64,000 nt of DNA from an uncultured Bacillota bacterium (GTDB lineage: Bacteria > Sysuimicrobiota > Sysuimicrobiia > Sysuimicrobiales > Segetimicrobiaceae): contig CAWDRG010000019.1 of the NCBI GenBank assembly GCA_963804645.1, positions 224,001 to 288,000 on the forward strand, written 5' to 3'. This document shows, piece by piece, positions 41,663 to 52,963 of the stretch. The notes under the pieces were generated by a model. That model saw only the letters and a list, made by a program, of their open reading frames with translations, searched no databases and had not been told where the DNA came from. How positions within the stretch are numbered: the first letter of the stretch is position 1; each line of letters begins with the position of its first letter. The position numbers were made by a program, and so were the translations under genes.

Positions 41663-42967
41663 ATGCGGCCGTACGACGTGATCAAGACCAAGCGCGACGG
41701 CGGGGAACTGCCCCCCGACGCGATCGACGGATTTATTTCGGACTACCTCGGCGGGCGGGTCACCGACGGGCAGGCCGCGGCGTTCCTGATGGCCGTGTAC
41801 TACCGCGGCATGAGCGAGCGCGAAACCACGGCGCTGACCGCCGCGATGGTCCGCAGCGGCACGACGCTGGATCTCAGCCGCATCCGCGGCCCGAAGGTGG
41901 ACAAGCACAGCACCGGCGGGGTTGGCGACAAGACGTCGCTCGTCGTGGTGCCGCTCGTCGCGAGCGTCGGGGTGCGGGTCGCGAAGCTCTCCGGCCGGGC
42001 GCTCGGCCACACGGGCGGGACGCTCGACAAGCTCGAGGCGATTCCGGGCCTGCGGGTCGAGCGGTCCGTCGACGAGCTGATCCGTCAGGTGAACGCGATC
42101 GGGTGCGCGATCGTGAGCCAGTCCGCGGACCTGGTCCCGGCCGACAAGCGCCTGTACGCGCTGCGCGACCAGACCGCGACGGTGGACAGCGTGCCCCTGA
42201 TCGCCGCGAGCGTGATGAGCAAGAAGCTCGCGGCCGGCAGCGACGCGATCGTGCTCGACGTGAAGGTGGGCCGGGGTGCCTTCATGAAGACGCTCGACGA
42301 CGCGCGGGCGCTGGCGCGGGCGATGGTGGGGATCGGCCGCGGCGTAGGGCGGCGCACGGTCGCGGTGCTCAGCCGGATGGACCAGCCGCTCGGGTGCACC
42401 ATCGGCAACGCGCTCGAGGTCGCGGAGGCGGTGCGGACGCTGCGCGGCGGCGGGCCGGACGACCTGCGCGAGCTGAGCCTCGCCCTCGGCGCGCACATGG
42501 TCCTGCTGGCCGGCCTCGCCGAGACGCCGGCCGCCGCGCGGGCGCTGCTCAAGGCCCGGCTCGCCGACGGCAGCGCGGCCGGTCGGTTCGCGGACATGGT
42601 GGCGGCGCAGGACGGCGATCGACGGGCGGTGGAGGAGCTCGAGCGGCTGCCGCTGGCGCCGATCGCTGAGCCCGTACGTGCGCCCGCCGACGGCGTCGTG
42701 ACCGCCATCGACGCCGAGGCGCTCGGCGGCGCCGCGATCACACTCGGCGCCGGCCGCGCGGGTGCCGGTGACGCCGTGGATCCCGTGGCGGGTCTGGTGC
42801 TGGAGCGGAAGATCGGGGACGCGGTGCGCCGGGGCGAGACGCTGGCCGTGCTGCACACGTCGGCGCGCGGGAGGCTGGGGCGGGCCGCGGACGTGGTGGC
42901 GTCCGCGTACGCGATCGGGACGTCCGCACCCGCGTCGGAGCCTCTGGTGATTGACACGATCCACTAG
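41663..42967 (+). CDS. pdp: Pyrimidine-nucleoside (thymidine) phosphorylase
   Basis: DKHSTGGVGDK; SGRALGHTGGTLDKLE; SVMSKK; DVKVGRGAFMK. Confidence 0.96.
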   Translation: MRPYDVIKTKRDGGELPPDAIDGFISDYLGGRVTDGQAAAFLMAVYYRGMSERETTALTAAMVRSGTTLDLSRIRGPKVDKHSTGGVGDKTSLVVVPLVASVGVRVAKLSGRALGHTGGTLDKLEAIPGLRVERSVDELIRQVNAIGCAIVSQSADLVPADKRLYALRDQTATVDSVPLIAASVMSKKLAAGSDAIVLDVKVGRGAFMKTLDDARALARAMVGIGRGVGRRTVAVLSRMDQPLGCTIGNALEVAEAVRTLRGGGPDDLRELSLALGAHMVLLAGLAETPAAARALLKARLADGSAAGRFADMVAAQDGDRRAVEELERLPLAPIAEPVRAPADGVVTAIDAEALGGAAITLGAGRAGAGDAVDPVAGLVLERKIGDAVRRGETLAVLHTSARGRLGRAADVVASAYAIGTSAPASEPLVIDTIH

Positions 42968-42976
42968 GAGGGCGGC

Positions 42977-43834
42977 ATGGCGTTTCGTCAGATCGGGGTG
43001 GTAGGGTGCGGGCTGATGGGCTCGGGGATCGCCGAGGTCGCCGCGCGGGCCGGGTTTCCGGTCGTCGTGCGAGAGGTGACCGACGAGCTGGTGACGCGCG
43101 GGCTCGACCGGATCGACCGCTCGATGGCGCGCGGCGTCGAGCGCGGCAAGCTCGCCGCGGGCGACCGCGACGCCGCGCGCGGCCGGATCCGCGGCACCAC
43201 GCGCCTCGCCGACCTCGCCGCCTGCGACCTCGTGTGCGAGGCCATCATCGAGAACATGGACCAGAAGAAGGCGCTGTATCGGGAGCTCGACGGCCTGTGC
43301 CCGCCGGAGACGGTGTTCGCGAGCAATACGAGCTCGCTGAGCATCACCGAGATGGCGTCGGTGACGCGGCGTCCGGCGCGGTTTCTCGGGCTGCACTTCT
43401 TCAATCCCGTGCCCGTGATGAAGCCGGTCGAGATGGTCCGCGGGCTGCAGACGTCGGACGAGACCCTGGCGCTCGCGCGCGCGTTTGCGGAGCAGGTCGG
43501 CAAGACCGTCGTCGCCTGCAAAGACTATCCGGGGTTCATCGTCAACCTGCTGCTCGTGCCCTATCTGCTCGACTCGATCCGGGCGCTGGAGCTCGGGCTG
43601 GCGACGAAAGAGGACATCGACACGGCGGTCACCCTCGGGCTCAACCATCCGATGGGGCCGTTGACGCTGCTCGACTTCGTCGGGATCGACACGACGTACT
43701 ATATCGCCGAGGCGATGTTCGAGGAGTTCAAGGATGCCCGCTACGCCGCCCCGCCGTTGATGCGCAAGATGGTGCTCGCGGGCCTGCACGGACGGAAGAC
43801 CGGGCGCGGATTTTACGAGTATCCGGCACGCTGA
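42977..43834 (+). CDS. hbd: 3-hydroxybutyryl-CoA dehydrogenase
   Basis: GCGLMGSGIA; ASNTSSLSI; GLHFFNP; PGFIVN; HPMGPL. Confidence 0.93.
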   Translation: MAFRQIGVVGCGLMGSGIAEVAARAGFPVVVREVTDELVTRGLDRIDRSMARGVERGKLAAGDRDAARGRIRGTTRLADLAACDLVCEAIIENMDQKKALYRELDGLCPPETVFASNTSSLSITEMASVTRRPARFLGLHFFNPVPVMKPVEMVRGLQTSDETLALARAFAEQVGKTVVACKDYPGFIVNLLLVPYLLDSIRALELGLATKEDIDTAVTLGLNHPMGPLTLLDFVGIDTTYYIAEAMFEEFKDARYAAPPLMRKMVLAGLHGRKTGRGFYEYPAR

Positions 43835-43868
43835 TGGAGCAGGCTCCTGCACCGGTCGGCCGATCGGC

Positions 43869-44489
43869 ATGACGACGCCGGAGTGGCTCGATCTCCTGGA
43901 TTGGAAGCGCCGCGTGTTCGACCTGTACCGCGAGATCAGGCTCGAACCGGATCCGGAGGCCGCGTGGCGCCGGTGGCGCGCGGTGCGTGACGACCTGTTC
44001 GCGACGCATCCGCAGTCCCCGCTGTCGCCCGACGCGCGCGGCTCCTTCGGCGGGCTCGCGTACTTTGGGTACGACCCGTCCGCGCGCGTGCTCGCCGAGA
44101 TCCGCCCGGCGGAGCCGGCGCCCTACGCACTCAGCGGCAGCGACGGCACGCCCTACGGCGCCGCGCGCGTCGCCACCGCGTCCTTCGCACTGGGGGGGCG
44201 GGCGAGCGCGGTCGAGCTGTACTGGCTGGAAGGGTACGGCGGGGGCCTGTTCCTGTCGTTCGCCGACCAGACGAGCGGCGGTGAGACGTACGGCGGCGGC
44301 CGCTACCTGCTCGATACGATTAAGGGGGCGGACCTCGGAGACCGGGACGGACGCCTGTTGCTCGACTTCAATTTTGCCTATCATCCCTCGTGCGTGTACG
44401 ATAGTCGGTGGAGCTGCCCGCTGGCGCCGCCCGGGAACCGGCTCCCGGTGCCGGTCCGGGCGGGCGAGCGACTGGGGCGGGATCCGTAG
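43869..44489 (+). CDS. DUF1684 family protein
   Basis: HPQSPL; TSGGETYGGGRYL; LDFNFAYHPSC.Y...WSCP. Confidence 0.88.
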   Translation: MTTPEWLDLLDWKRRVFDLYREIRLEPDPEAAWRRWRAVRDDLFATHPQSPLSPDARGSFGGLAYFGYDPSARVLAEIRPAEPAPYALSGSDGTPYGAARVATASFALGGRASAVELYWLEGYGGGLFLSFADQTSGGETYGGGRYLLDTIKGADLGDRDGRLLLDFNFAYHPSCVYDSRWSCPLAPPGNRLPVPVRAGERLGRDP

Positions 44490-44537
44490 CGCAGGACCGC
44501 TTCCGTTTCGGCGGCGAATACCGACCGGGGTGATCGC

Positions 44538-45683
<1,146 letters not shown>

Positions 45684-45717
45684 CCCGCCGCGCCGCCCAG
45701 ACTCTGACCCGGGAGGA

Positions 45718-46497
45718 ATGATGAACGTCGTCGTCTGTGTGAAGCACGTGCCGGACACCGAAGCCCCAATCCGGATCCGCGGGGATGCCCGCGGCGTCGA
45801 GGAGTCGGGCCTCAACTTCGTCATGAACTACTACGACGAGCACGCCGTCGAGGAGGCGCTGCGGATCAAAGCGGCGCGGGGCGGCACCGTCACCGTGCTC
45901 ACCGCCGGGCCTGCGCGGGCCGTCGAAGCGCTCCGGGCGGGGCTGGCGATGGGCGCGGACCAGGCGGTGCACATTCAAGATCCGGCGCTCGACCTCACCG
46001 ACCACCTGCGCGTCGCGCGGGCGCTGGCCGCGGCGATCGCGCCGCTCGGCCCCGACCTCGTCCTCTGCGGCAAGCTCGCGACCGACGACAACGCGTCCGT
46101 CGTCGGCCCCGCCCTCGCCGAATACCTCGGGTTGCCGCAGGCGACGGCCGTCACCACGCTCGAGCTCGGGGAGGGCCGGGCGACCGCGCACCGCGAGCTT
46201 GAGGGCGCGGTCGAAATCCTGGAGCTTTCGCTGCCCGCGGTCGTGACCGTCGAGCGCAACATCAACGAGCCCCGCTACCCGTCGCTTCCGGGCATCATGA
46301 AGGCCAAGCGCACGCCGGTGACGACGAAGACGCTCGCCGACCTGGGACTCACCGGCGAGGGGGAGGGGGCCCGCACGGACGTGCTCGGACTCGTGCCGCC
46401 CCCCAAGCGCCAGGCGGGCCGGCTGATTCAGGGGGAGCCCGAGGTTGTCGTCCGGGAGCTGATCCGGTCGCTGCGCGAGGAGGCGAAGGTCCTGTGA
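45718..46497 (+). CDS. etfB: Electron transfer flavoprotein beta subunit
   Basis: VCVKHVPD; LAMGAD; NEPRYPSLPGIMKAK. Confidence 0.95.
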   Translation: MMNVVVCVKHVPDTEAPIRIRGDARGVEESGLNFVMNYYDEHAVEEALRIKAARGGTVTVLTAGPARAVEALRAGLAMGADQAVHIQDPALDLTDHLRVARALAAAIAPLGPDLVLCGKLATDDNASVVGPALAEYLGLPQATAVTTLELGEGRATAHRELEGAVEILELSLPAVVTVERNINEPRYPSLPGIMKAKRTPVTTKTLADLGLTGEGEGARTDVLGLVPPPKRQAGRLIQGEPEVVVRELIRSLREEAKVL

Positions 46498-47504
46498 GTC
46501 CGAACGCCGCGCACGACGTGTGGGTTCTGGCCGAGCAGGACGGGGGCGCGCCCCGGAAGATTACCTGCGAGCTGCTGGCGAAAGCCCGGTCGCTCGCGGA
46601 CGCCCTCGGCGGCCGGGTGACCGCAGTTGCCCTCGGCACCGGGATCGGGGGACTGGCGGGCGAGCTGGCGGCACGGGGCGCCGACCAGGTGCTTCTGGCC
46701 GATGCGCCGGTGCTCGAGCCGTACACGACCGACGCCCATCTCGAGGTCATCGCCCCGCTGCTCCGCGAGGCGTCCCCGGCGCTCCTGCTGGTCGGGAGCA
46801 CCGCGGCCGGGCGGGATCTGGCCCCCCGACTCGCGGCACGCGTCGGCGCCGGCATCGTCACCGACTGCGCCGCGGTGGACCTCGAAGACGGACGGGTGGT
46901 GGCGACGCGTCCGGTGATGACACGCAAGGCGATCGCCCGCGTCGGGTTTGCCGGGGACGGGCTCCGCATCGCCGTCATGCTGCCGAACGTGGTCACGCCG
47001 GCCCCGGCGGATGCCTCGCGGACGGCGGAGGTCGTGAACGTCCCGGTCAGCGTCGATCCCGCGAAGCTTCGCACCCGGGTCGTCGAGGTGCGGACCGTGG
47101 CGCGCGAGACGGTCCCGCTGACCGAAGCCGACATCATCGTCTCCGGCGGCCGGGGTCTGCGCGGTCCGGAGCACTTCGCGCTGCTCGACGCGCTCGCCGC
47201 GGTGCTCGGCGCCGCGGTGGGGTCGAGCCGGCCGCCGGTGGACTCGGGCTGGGTCCCGCACGACTACGAGATCGGGCAGACCGGCAAGACTGTGAACCCC
47301 CAACTGTACATCGCGTGCGGCATCTCCGGGGCGCCCCAGCACCAGGCGGGAATGTCGGGATCGCGGTGCATCGTCGCGATCAACAAGGACGTCCAAGCTC
47401 CGATCTTTCAGATCGCGTCGTACGGCGTGGTCGGCGACCTGTTTCAGATCGTGCCGCTGCTGACCGACGAGGTCCGCAAGCTCAAGGCCGCGCCGGCGGG
47501 ATAG
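46494..47504 (+). CDS. etfA: Electron transfer flavoprotein alpha subunit
   Basis: [29 protein letters not shown]. Confidence 0.95.
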   Translation: MSPNAAHDVWVLAEQDGGAPRKITCELLAKARSLADALGGRVTAVALGTGIGGLAGELAARGADQVLLADAPVLEPYTTDAHLEVIAPLLREASPALLLVGSTAAGRDLAPRLAARVGAGIVTDCAAVDLEDGRVVATRPVMTRKAIARVGFAGDGLRIAVMLPNVVTPAPADASRTAEVVNVPVSVDPAKLRTRVVEVRTVARETVPLTEADIIVSGGRGLRGPEHFALLDALAAVLGAAVGSSRPPVDSGWVPHDYEIGQTGKTVNPQLYIACGISGAPQHQAGMSGSRCIVAINKDVQAPIFQIASYGVVGDLFQIVPLLTDEVRKLKAAPAG

Positions 47505-47695
47505 CACGGCCGCCCCACCGTCCCCACCGTTCCCCTCGGCGCCTCCCGCGGGCAGCGATTTCGCAAATAGTACGGTAAGGTGACGGGTTCGCCCAGCACT
47601 ATCAGCGATTCCCGCTGATTTCTGTCGTCCGGGCATTTTTGCATTCGCAGAAAGTCCTTGCATGCCGAGGGATCTAGGAGTATAGTTGCTCCTAG

Positions 47696-48082
47696 ATGAC
47701 ACGCGCTCGGCTCCGCCTGGATTTCAGTGGACCCCGCGGTCCGGAGGCGGCGCGCCTCCGGCACCGCCGCGCGGCGGTGCGGCGGGAGCACGCGCTGACC
47801 GAGGCCGTGGAAGAGATGTTACCCGGGTCGCTGACGTTCAGCCATTTTCGGTGTGGGAAACCGACGTGTCACTGTGCCCACGACGTCGGGCATCCGAAGT
47901 GGTCGCTGACTTATATGGTCGACGGGCACAAGCGGATGCTGCACATCCCGACGGCGCTCGTGGACGACATTCGGGCGCGGGTGGACGCGGGGCGGGCGTT
48001 TCAGGACGCCGTGCGCGAGGTGTTGACGACCAACGTGGAGTTGCTCGCTCTCGCGCGCCAGCAACGGCGGAAGGCCCCGTAA
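47696..48082 (+). CDS. IS accessory protein, DUF6788-like
   Basis: RCGKPTCHCA...GHP.W.LTY, LHIPTAL and QDAVR shared with the 18599-18988 protein. Confidence 0.85.
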   Translation: MTRARLRLDFSGPRGPEAARLRHRRAAVRREHALTEAVEEMLPGSLTFSHFRCGKPTCHCAHDVGHPKWSLTYMVDGHKRMLHIPTALVDDIRARVDAGRAFQDAVREVLTTNVELLALARQQRRKAP

Positions 48083-48085
48083 GCG

Positions 48086-49344
48086 GTGGGGCGGCACGAG
48101 GTCGAGGCGTATTTCGAGAAAATCTTCAATTGGTCGGTCCTGCTGGCGGCCTGCCGGAGGGGCGGCAGCACCCGCAGCACTCGTGTCAGAAGGTCTTCGC
48201 CGCCGTCTTCTGGGGGGCGATCGGGCGGATCCCGAGCTTCCATCAGTTGGAATATGAGTGCCGGGCCGGTGGGCTGCGCCATCGGATCGGGCCGCTCAGC
48301 GAGGACACGCTGCGCTACACGCTCGAGCGCCTGGCGCCCGAAGCGGTATTGACGCTGGGCTGCGACGTGGCGCGCCGGCTGAAGCGCAATGGGGTGCTGC
48401 GCACGGACGCGGCACACGGCCTGATCGTGGCGGCGGTGGACGGGATCGAGATTTGCCAGTCCTACGTCCGCTGCTGCGACACCTGTCTGGAGCGGACGGT
48501 CGAGCGGATGATCGACGGCGTCCTGCAGACCGCCGTCCAATACTATCACCGCATCGTGGCGGTCGCCGTGGTGAGCACGCCGTTTCCGATTCCGCTGGGG
48601 CTACGCTTTCAGGCGCCGGGCGAAGGCGAAGTGGCCTGTGCACAGGCCCTGCTGGAGGAGCTGGTGGGCCAGTTGGGGCGGCGGTTCGTGGACGTCCTGG
48701 TGGCGGACGCGCTTTATTTCGGCAAGCCGGTCATCGATGCCATCGAAGCGCTTGGCCTCGACTGGGTGTGCTCCGTGAAAGACAATCAGCCCGAGTTGGT
48801 CGCGGAACTGGCGCGCAGAACGAGTGACGTGATGCCGGCGGAGACGGTGACGCCTGACGTTGTGACGCACCTCTGGTATGTGCCCGACGTGCACTGGGCG
48901 GCGGGCGACCGGTCCGTGCGGTGCGTCAAGGAGGTGCGGCGGGCCGCGCAGACGCGCGTGCACGTCCAGCGCGAGGGGGGCCACTGCACCCGCCACAAAA
49001 CGGTGGTGTGGGACGAGAGCACGAACCTCTACGCCAGTAGTCTGCTCGAGCTGGCCTGTTCCCCGGTGGGGCTCGCGGCGCTGGGGCGCGCGCGGTGGCG
49101 CATTGACACGGAAGTCTTCCAGACGCTGACGAAGGAGTGCCAGCTCAAGCATCCCGCGGTGCACCAGCAGCACGATCAAGCCTTCGTGGTGCTCACCATG
49201 ATTCGCATCCTGGCCTATACACTGCTGCTGGTGTTCTTTCATCGCCAGGTGCTGAGTCACGCCCGGCACACGCCGCCGACGCTCTGCCAGATCGCGCGCC
49301 AAATCGTCCCGGCGTTCGCCCAGGTGCACGTCGACTCGAGCTGA
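48086..49344 (+). CDS. Transposase, -1 frameshift near 48150 as assembled
   Basis: N-terminus MGRHEVEAYFEKIFNW joins the frame carrying AVDG, CDTC, LVADALY, KDNQPEL, RWRIDT. Confidence 0.85.
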
Positions 49345-49633
49345 CCGTTGGCGCCGGAAACGCCCCAGACCCGGAGTCGCGACTCGGACTCTCAGGGCCT
49401 TCCCCCCGTCGTCACTTCCCCCCGGTCCCGTTCGCGCACTCGTGCAGCCACGAATCCACCGCAAGACTGTTCGACAGCTTCTATGCCGCCCCGGGACCTG
49501 CGGGCGTTTTGGCTACCGCTCGCCCATCTGCGAAATTGCTGCTCCCGCGGGTGCGGCCGGTGTGAAGCCTCCCGGTTCGTGGTAGTCTGATACTGTGTGG
49601 GCGCGGGACCGGCGGCCCGCGCGGGAGGCGGGG

Positions 49634-51310
49634 ATGGACGGAGAGGAGCTCGAGCGGCATCGTCGCGCGCGGCGCCGCTGGGAAGACGGACCGCTGGCGG
49701 ACGCGGTGTCGCGTCAGCCCGAACGGTCCGCGCGGTTTACCACGGTCTCCGACCTCGAGATCGGGCGCCTGTACGGGCCTGAGGATCTCGCGTCCTGGGA
49801 CCCCGCCCGCGACCTCGGACGTCCGGGTGAGTATCCGTACACGCGGGGCATCCACCCCACGATGTACCGCGGCCGCCTGTGGACGATGCGGATGTTCGCG
49901 GGGTTCGGGACCGCCGAGGACACGAACGCCCGGTTCCGCTACCTCCTGGCCCAGGGGCAAACCGGATTGTCCACCGCGTTCGACATGCCGACGCTCATGG
50001 GGTATGACTCGGACCACCCGCGCTCGCTCGGCGAGGTGGGGCGCGAAGGGGTCGCCGTCGACACGGTCGTCGATATGGACCTGCTCCTCCGCGATCTTCC
50101 GCTCGACCGGATCACCACCTCGATGACGATCAACGCGCCGGCGAACGTCCTGCTGGCAATGTACGTGGCGGTGGCCCAATCGCGGGGCGTGCCGCTGGAC
50201 GCGATCGGGGGCACCATCCAGACCGACATGCTGAAGGAGTTTATCGCGCAGAAGGAATGGATCGTGCCGCCCCGACCGAGCATGAAGCTGATTCAGGACA
50301 TCCTCGTGTACTGCACGCGCGAGGTGCCCCGGTGGAACCCGATCAGCATCAGCGGGTACCACATCCGCGAGGCGGGGGCGACCGCGGTGCAGGAGCTCGC
50401 GTTCACCCTCGCCGACGGCATCGCGTACGTGGAGGCGGGGCGCGAGGCGGGGCTCGACGTGGACGCGTTCGCGCCCCGGCTGTCGTTCTTCTTCGACGTG
50501 CACAGCGACTTCTTCGAGGAGATCGCGAAGTTCCGGGCGGCGCGCCGGATGTGGGCCCGGGTCATGCGGGAGCGGTTCGGCGCCCGGGATCCGCGGTCGT
50601 GGGTGCTGCGCACCCACGCGCAGACCGCGGGGGTCACGCTGACGGCGCAGCAGCCGCTCAACAACGTCGCCCGTACCGCGCTGCAGGCACTCGCCGCCGT
50701 GCTGGGCGGGTGCCAGTCCCTGCACACGAACTCGATGGACGAGACCTACGCGCTGCCGACCGAAGAGGCGGCGACGGTCGCCCTCCGAACCCAGCAGATC
50801 ATCGCCCACGAGACCGGGGTCACGAGCACCGTCGATCCGCTCGGGGGTGCGTACTTCGTCGAGGCGCTGACGGACCGGATCGAGGCCGAGGCCCACGCGT
50901 ACATTACCAAGATCGACGAGATGGGCGGCATGCTGGTGGCGATCGAGCGCGGGTACCCGATGCGGGAGATTGCCGACGCCAGCTACCGGTATCAACAGCA
51001 GCTCGAGGCCGGGGAGAAGACCGTCGTCGGCGTGAACGCGTTCGCGCAGGACGAGCCGGCGCCGATTCCGACCCTCACCGTGGATCCGGAGGTCGAGCGC
51101 CGCCAGGTCGAGCGCGTCGCCCGGGTGCGGGCCGAGCGCGATGCGTCGGCCGCCCGACGCGTGCTCGACACGCTGGCCCGCACGGCAGAGGACGGCGGCA
51201 ACACGATGCCCGTGATCGTGGAGGCGGTCCGCACTCGCGTCACGCTGGGGGAGATCTGCGACGTCTTCCGCCGGGTATACGGGGAGTACCGCGAGCAGGC
51301 GGTGCTGTAA
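49634..51310 (+). CDS. icmA: B12-dependent acyl-CoA mutase large subunit with isobutyryl-CoA mutase signature
   Basis: [18 protein letters not shown] (Phe); [13 protein letters not shown] (Gln); [16 protein letters not shown]. No fused B12 domain. Confidence 0.85.
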   Translation: MDGEELERHRRARRRWEDGPLADAVSRQPERSARFTTVSDLEIGRLYGPEDLASWDPARDLGRPGEYPYTRGIHPTMYRGRLWTMRMFAGFGTAEDTNARFRYLLAQGQTGLSTAFDMPTLMGYDSDHPRSLGEVGREGVAVDTVVDMDLLLRDLPLDRITTSMTINAPANVLLAMYVAVAQSRGVPLDAIGGTIQTDMLKEFIAQKEWIVPPRPSMKLIQDILVYCTREVPRWNPISISGYHIREAGATAVQELAFTLADGIAYVEAGREAGLDVDAFAPRLSFFFDVHSDFFEEIAKFRAARRMWARVMRERFGARDPRSWVLRTHAQTAGVTLTAQQPLNNVARTALQALAAVLGGCQSLHTNSMDETYALPTEEAATVALRTQQIIAHETGVTSTVDPLGGAYFVEALTDRIEAEAHAYITKIDEMGGMLVAIERGYPMREIADASYRYQQQLEAGEKTVVGVNAFAQDEPAPIPTLTVDPEVERRQVERVARVRAERDASAARRVLDTLARTAEDGGNTMPVIVEAVRTRVTLGEICDVFRRVYGEYREQAVL

Positions 51311-51371
51311 TCGGGCCCCGCGCGGCCGCCCGCGCTTGTCCCGGGCTCGGTCGCTGTGGGATAATGGCAGG

Positions 51372-51785
51372 GTGACGGAGCTCAAGGTTCGGATTCTGGT
51401 CGCCAAGCCCGGCCTCGACGGCCACGACCGCGGGGCCAAGGTGGTCGCCCGCGCGCTCCGGGACGCCGGCTACGAGGTGATCTACACCGGGCTGCACCAG
51501 ACCCCGGAGATGATCGCGGCAGCGGCGGTCCAGGAGGACGCGGATGCGATCGGGCTCAGCATCCTCTCGGGCGCGCACAACGTCCTCCTGCCCAAGATCA
51601 TCGAGCTGCTCACCGCGCAAGGGGTGACCGACATCAAGGTGTTCGCCGGCGGGATCATTCCCGATGCCGACATCCCGGGGCTTCACGCCGCCGGGATCGC
51701 GGCGGTATTTACCCCGGGCACGTCGCTCGAGCACATCGTCAGCTGGGTCCGCGATAACGTCAAGCCGCGCCACGTGACCGCGTGA
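51372..51785 (+). CDS. icmB: Acyl-CoA mutase small (cobalamin-binding) subunit
   Basis: [10 protein letters not shown] (DxHxxG); [14 protein letters not shown]. Confidence 0.88.
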   Translation: MTELKVRILVAKPGLDGHDRGAKVVARALRDAGYEVIYTGLHQTPEMIAAAAVQEDADAIGLSILSGAHNVLLPKIIELLTAQGVTDIKVFAGGIIPDADIPGLHAAGIAAVFTPGTSLEHIVSWVRDNVKPRHVTA

Positions 51786-51982
51786 AAGTCCTCATCCGCC
51801 ACGAGAAGCGCGAGGTCGAGGTGCAGGGCCGCCGGCGCGTGCGGGAGCTGCTGGTCGAGCTGGGCGTGAATCCCGAGTCCGTGCTCGTTATCCGCAACGC
51901 GCAGCTGCTGACGCACGACGCGCAGGTGGCCGACGACGAGACCGTCGAGCTCAGGCAGGTGATCTCCGGAGGCGGGGCCTGA
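51782..51982 (+). CDS. Ubiquitin-like sulfur carrier (TtuB/ThiS/MoaD family)
   Basis: 66 aa beta-grasp pattern ending VISGGGA; translationally coupled to ttuA. Confidence 0.85.
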   Translation: MKVLIRHEKREVEVQGRRRVRELLVELGVNPESVLVIRNAQLLTHDAQVADDETVELRQVISGGGA

Positions 51983-52947
51983 TGCGCTGCCAGCGCTGCA
52001 AGGGCGACGCCACGGTCGAGGTGCGGCGGCACCACACCGCGTTCTGCAACGAGCATTTCATCGAGTTCTTCGACCGACAGGTGGAGCGGGCGATCGAGGG
52101 GGAGCACATGTTTGTGCGCGGCGAGCGCGTGCTCGTCGCCGTCTCGGGCGGCAAGGACAGCCTCGCGTTGTGGGACGTCCTGCGCCGCCTCGGCTACGAT
52201 GCGACCGGCCTGTACATCAACCTCGGCATTGGGGCGTACTCCGAGGAGTCGCATCAGAAGTCGGTGGCGTTCGCCGACGCCCAGGGGCTCGAGTTGCTCG
52301 TCGCCGACATCCCGCGCGACTACGGTATGAACGTCGAGGAGTTCGCGCGGGCGACCCGCCGGGTCAGCTGCTCGGCGTGCGGTCTCAGCAAGCGGTATCT
52401 GTTCAACCGCGTCGCGGTCGACCGGGGGTTTCAGGTCGTCGCGACCGGACACAACCTCGACGACGAGGCGGCGGTCCTCTTCGGAAACCTCCTGCACTGG
52501 CAGACGGAGTATCTGGCCCGCCAGGCGCCGGTGTTGCCGAGCACGCACCCGCGTCTCGTGCGCAAGGTCAAGCCGCTGTACCGCATCGCGGAGCGGGAGG
52601 CGGCCGCGTACGCGATCATCCGCGGGATCGACTACATCGTGGATGAGTGCCCGAACAGCGTGGGGGCGAAGAGCCTCCTCTACAAGGACGCGCTGAACCT
52701 CTTGGAGCAGGCCGCGCCGGGCACGAAGCAGAGCCTGTACTGGGGGTTTCTCGAGCGGGGCCGGCCGCTGGTGCAGGCGCAGGACAACGCGACGCTCCGC
52801 GACTGCATCCACTGCGGGCAGCCCACCACCGCCGAGGTGTGCGCATTCTGCCGGATGACCGAGCGGGCGGCCGAGCGGATGCGCGTGCGCCGGGCCGCCG
52901 ACGTGCCCGACGAGGTGCCCGCAGCGGCGCCGTCGGCCGGCGGATAG
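51982..52947 (+). CDS. ttuA: tRNA 2-thiolation enzyme (TtuA/Ncs6-like)
   Basis: N- and C-terminal zinc fingers; PP-loop SGGKDS; CSAC; GHNLDDEA; ECP. Confidence 0.88.
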   Translation: MRCQRCKGDATVEVRRHHTAFCNEHFIEFFDRQVERAIEGEHMFVRGERVLVAVSGGKDSLALWDVLRRLGYDATGLYINLGIGAYSEESHQKSVAFADAQGLELLVADIPRDYGMNVEEFARATRRVSCSACGLSKRYLFNRVAVDRGFQVVATGHNLDDEAAVLFGNLLHWQTEYLARQAPVLPSTHPRLVRKVKPLYRIAEREAAAYAIIRGIDYIVDECPNSVGAKSLLYKDALNLLEQAAPGTKQSLYWGFLERGRPLVQAQDNATLRDCIHCGQPTTAEVCAFCRMTERAAERMRVRRAADVPDEVPAAAPSAGG

Positions 52948-52963
52948 CGGACATCTCGCCCCT

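Larger units (their letters stand above)
47553..49541 (+). mobile_element. Two-gene insertion sequence, copy B (same family as 18433-20373)
   Basis: Left end CAGCGATTTCGCAAAT vs reverse complement of right end CAGCAATTTCGCAGAT (14/16). 10-bp TSD CTCCCGCGGG at 47543-47552 and 49542-49551. Confidence 0.92.

Noticed and set aside
47512..47535. CCCCACCGT tandem duplication before IS copy B
   Set aside because: Two short copies outside the TSD; too small to interpret.
48140..48160. Programmed -1 frameshift in IS copy B transposase
   Set aside because: No slippery heptamer; one missing C in GCC CTG explains it; copy A is uninterrupted; other indels are present in the window.
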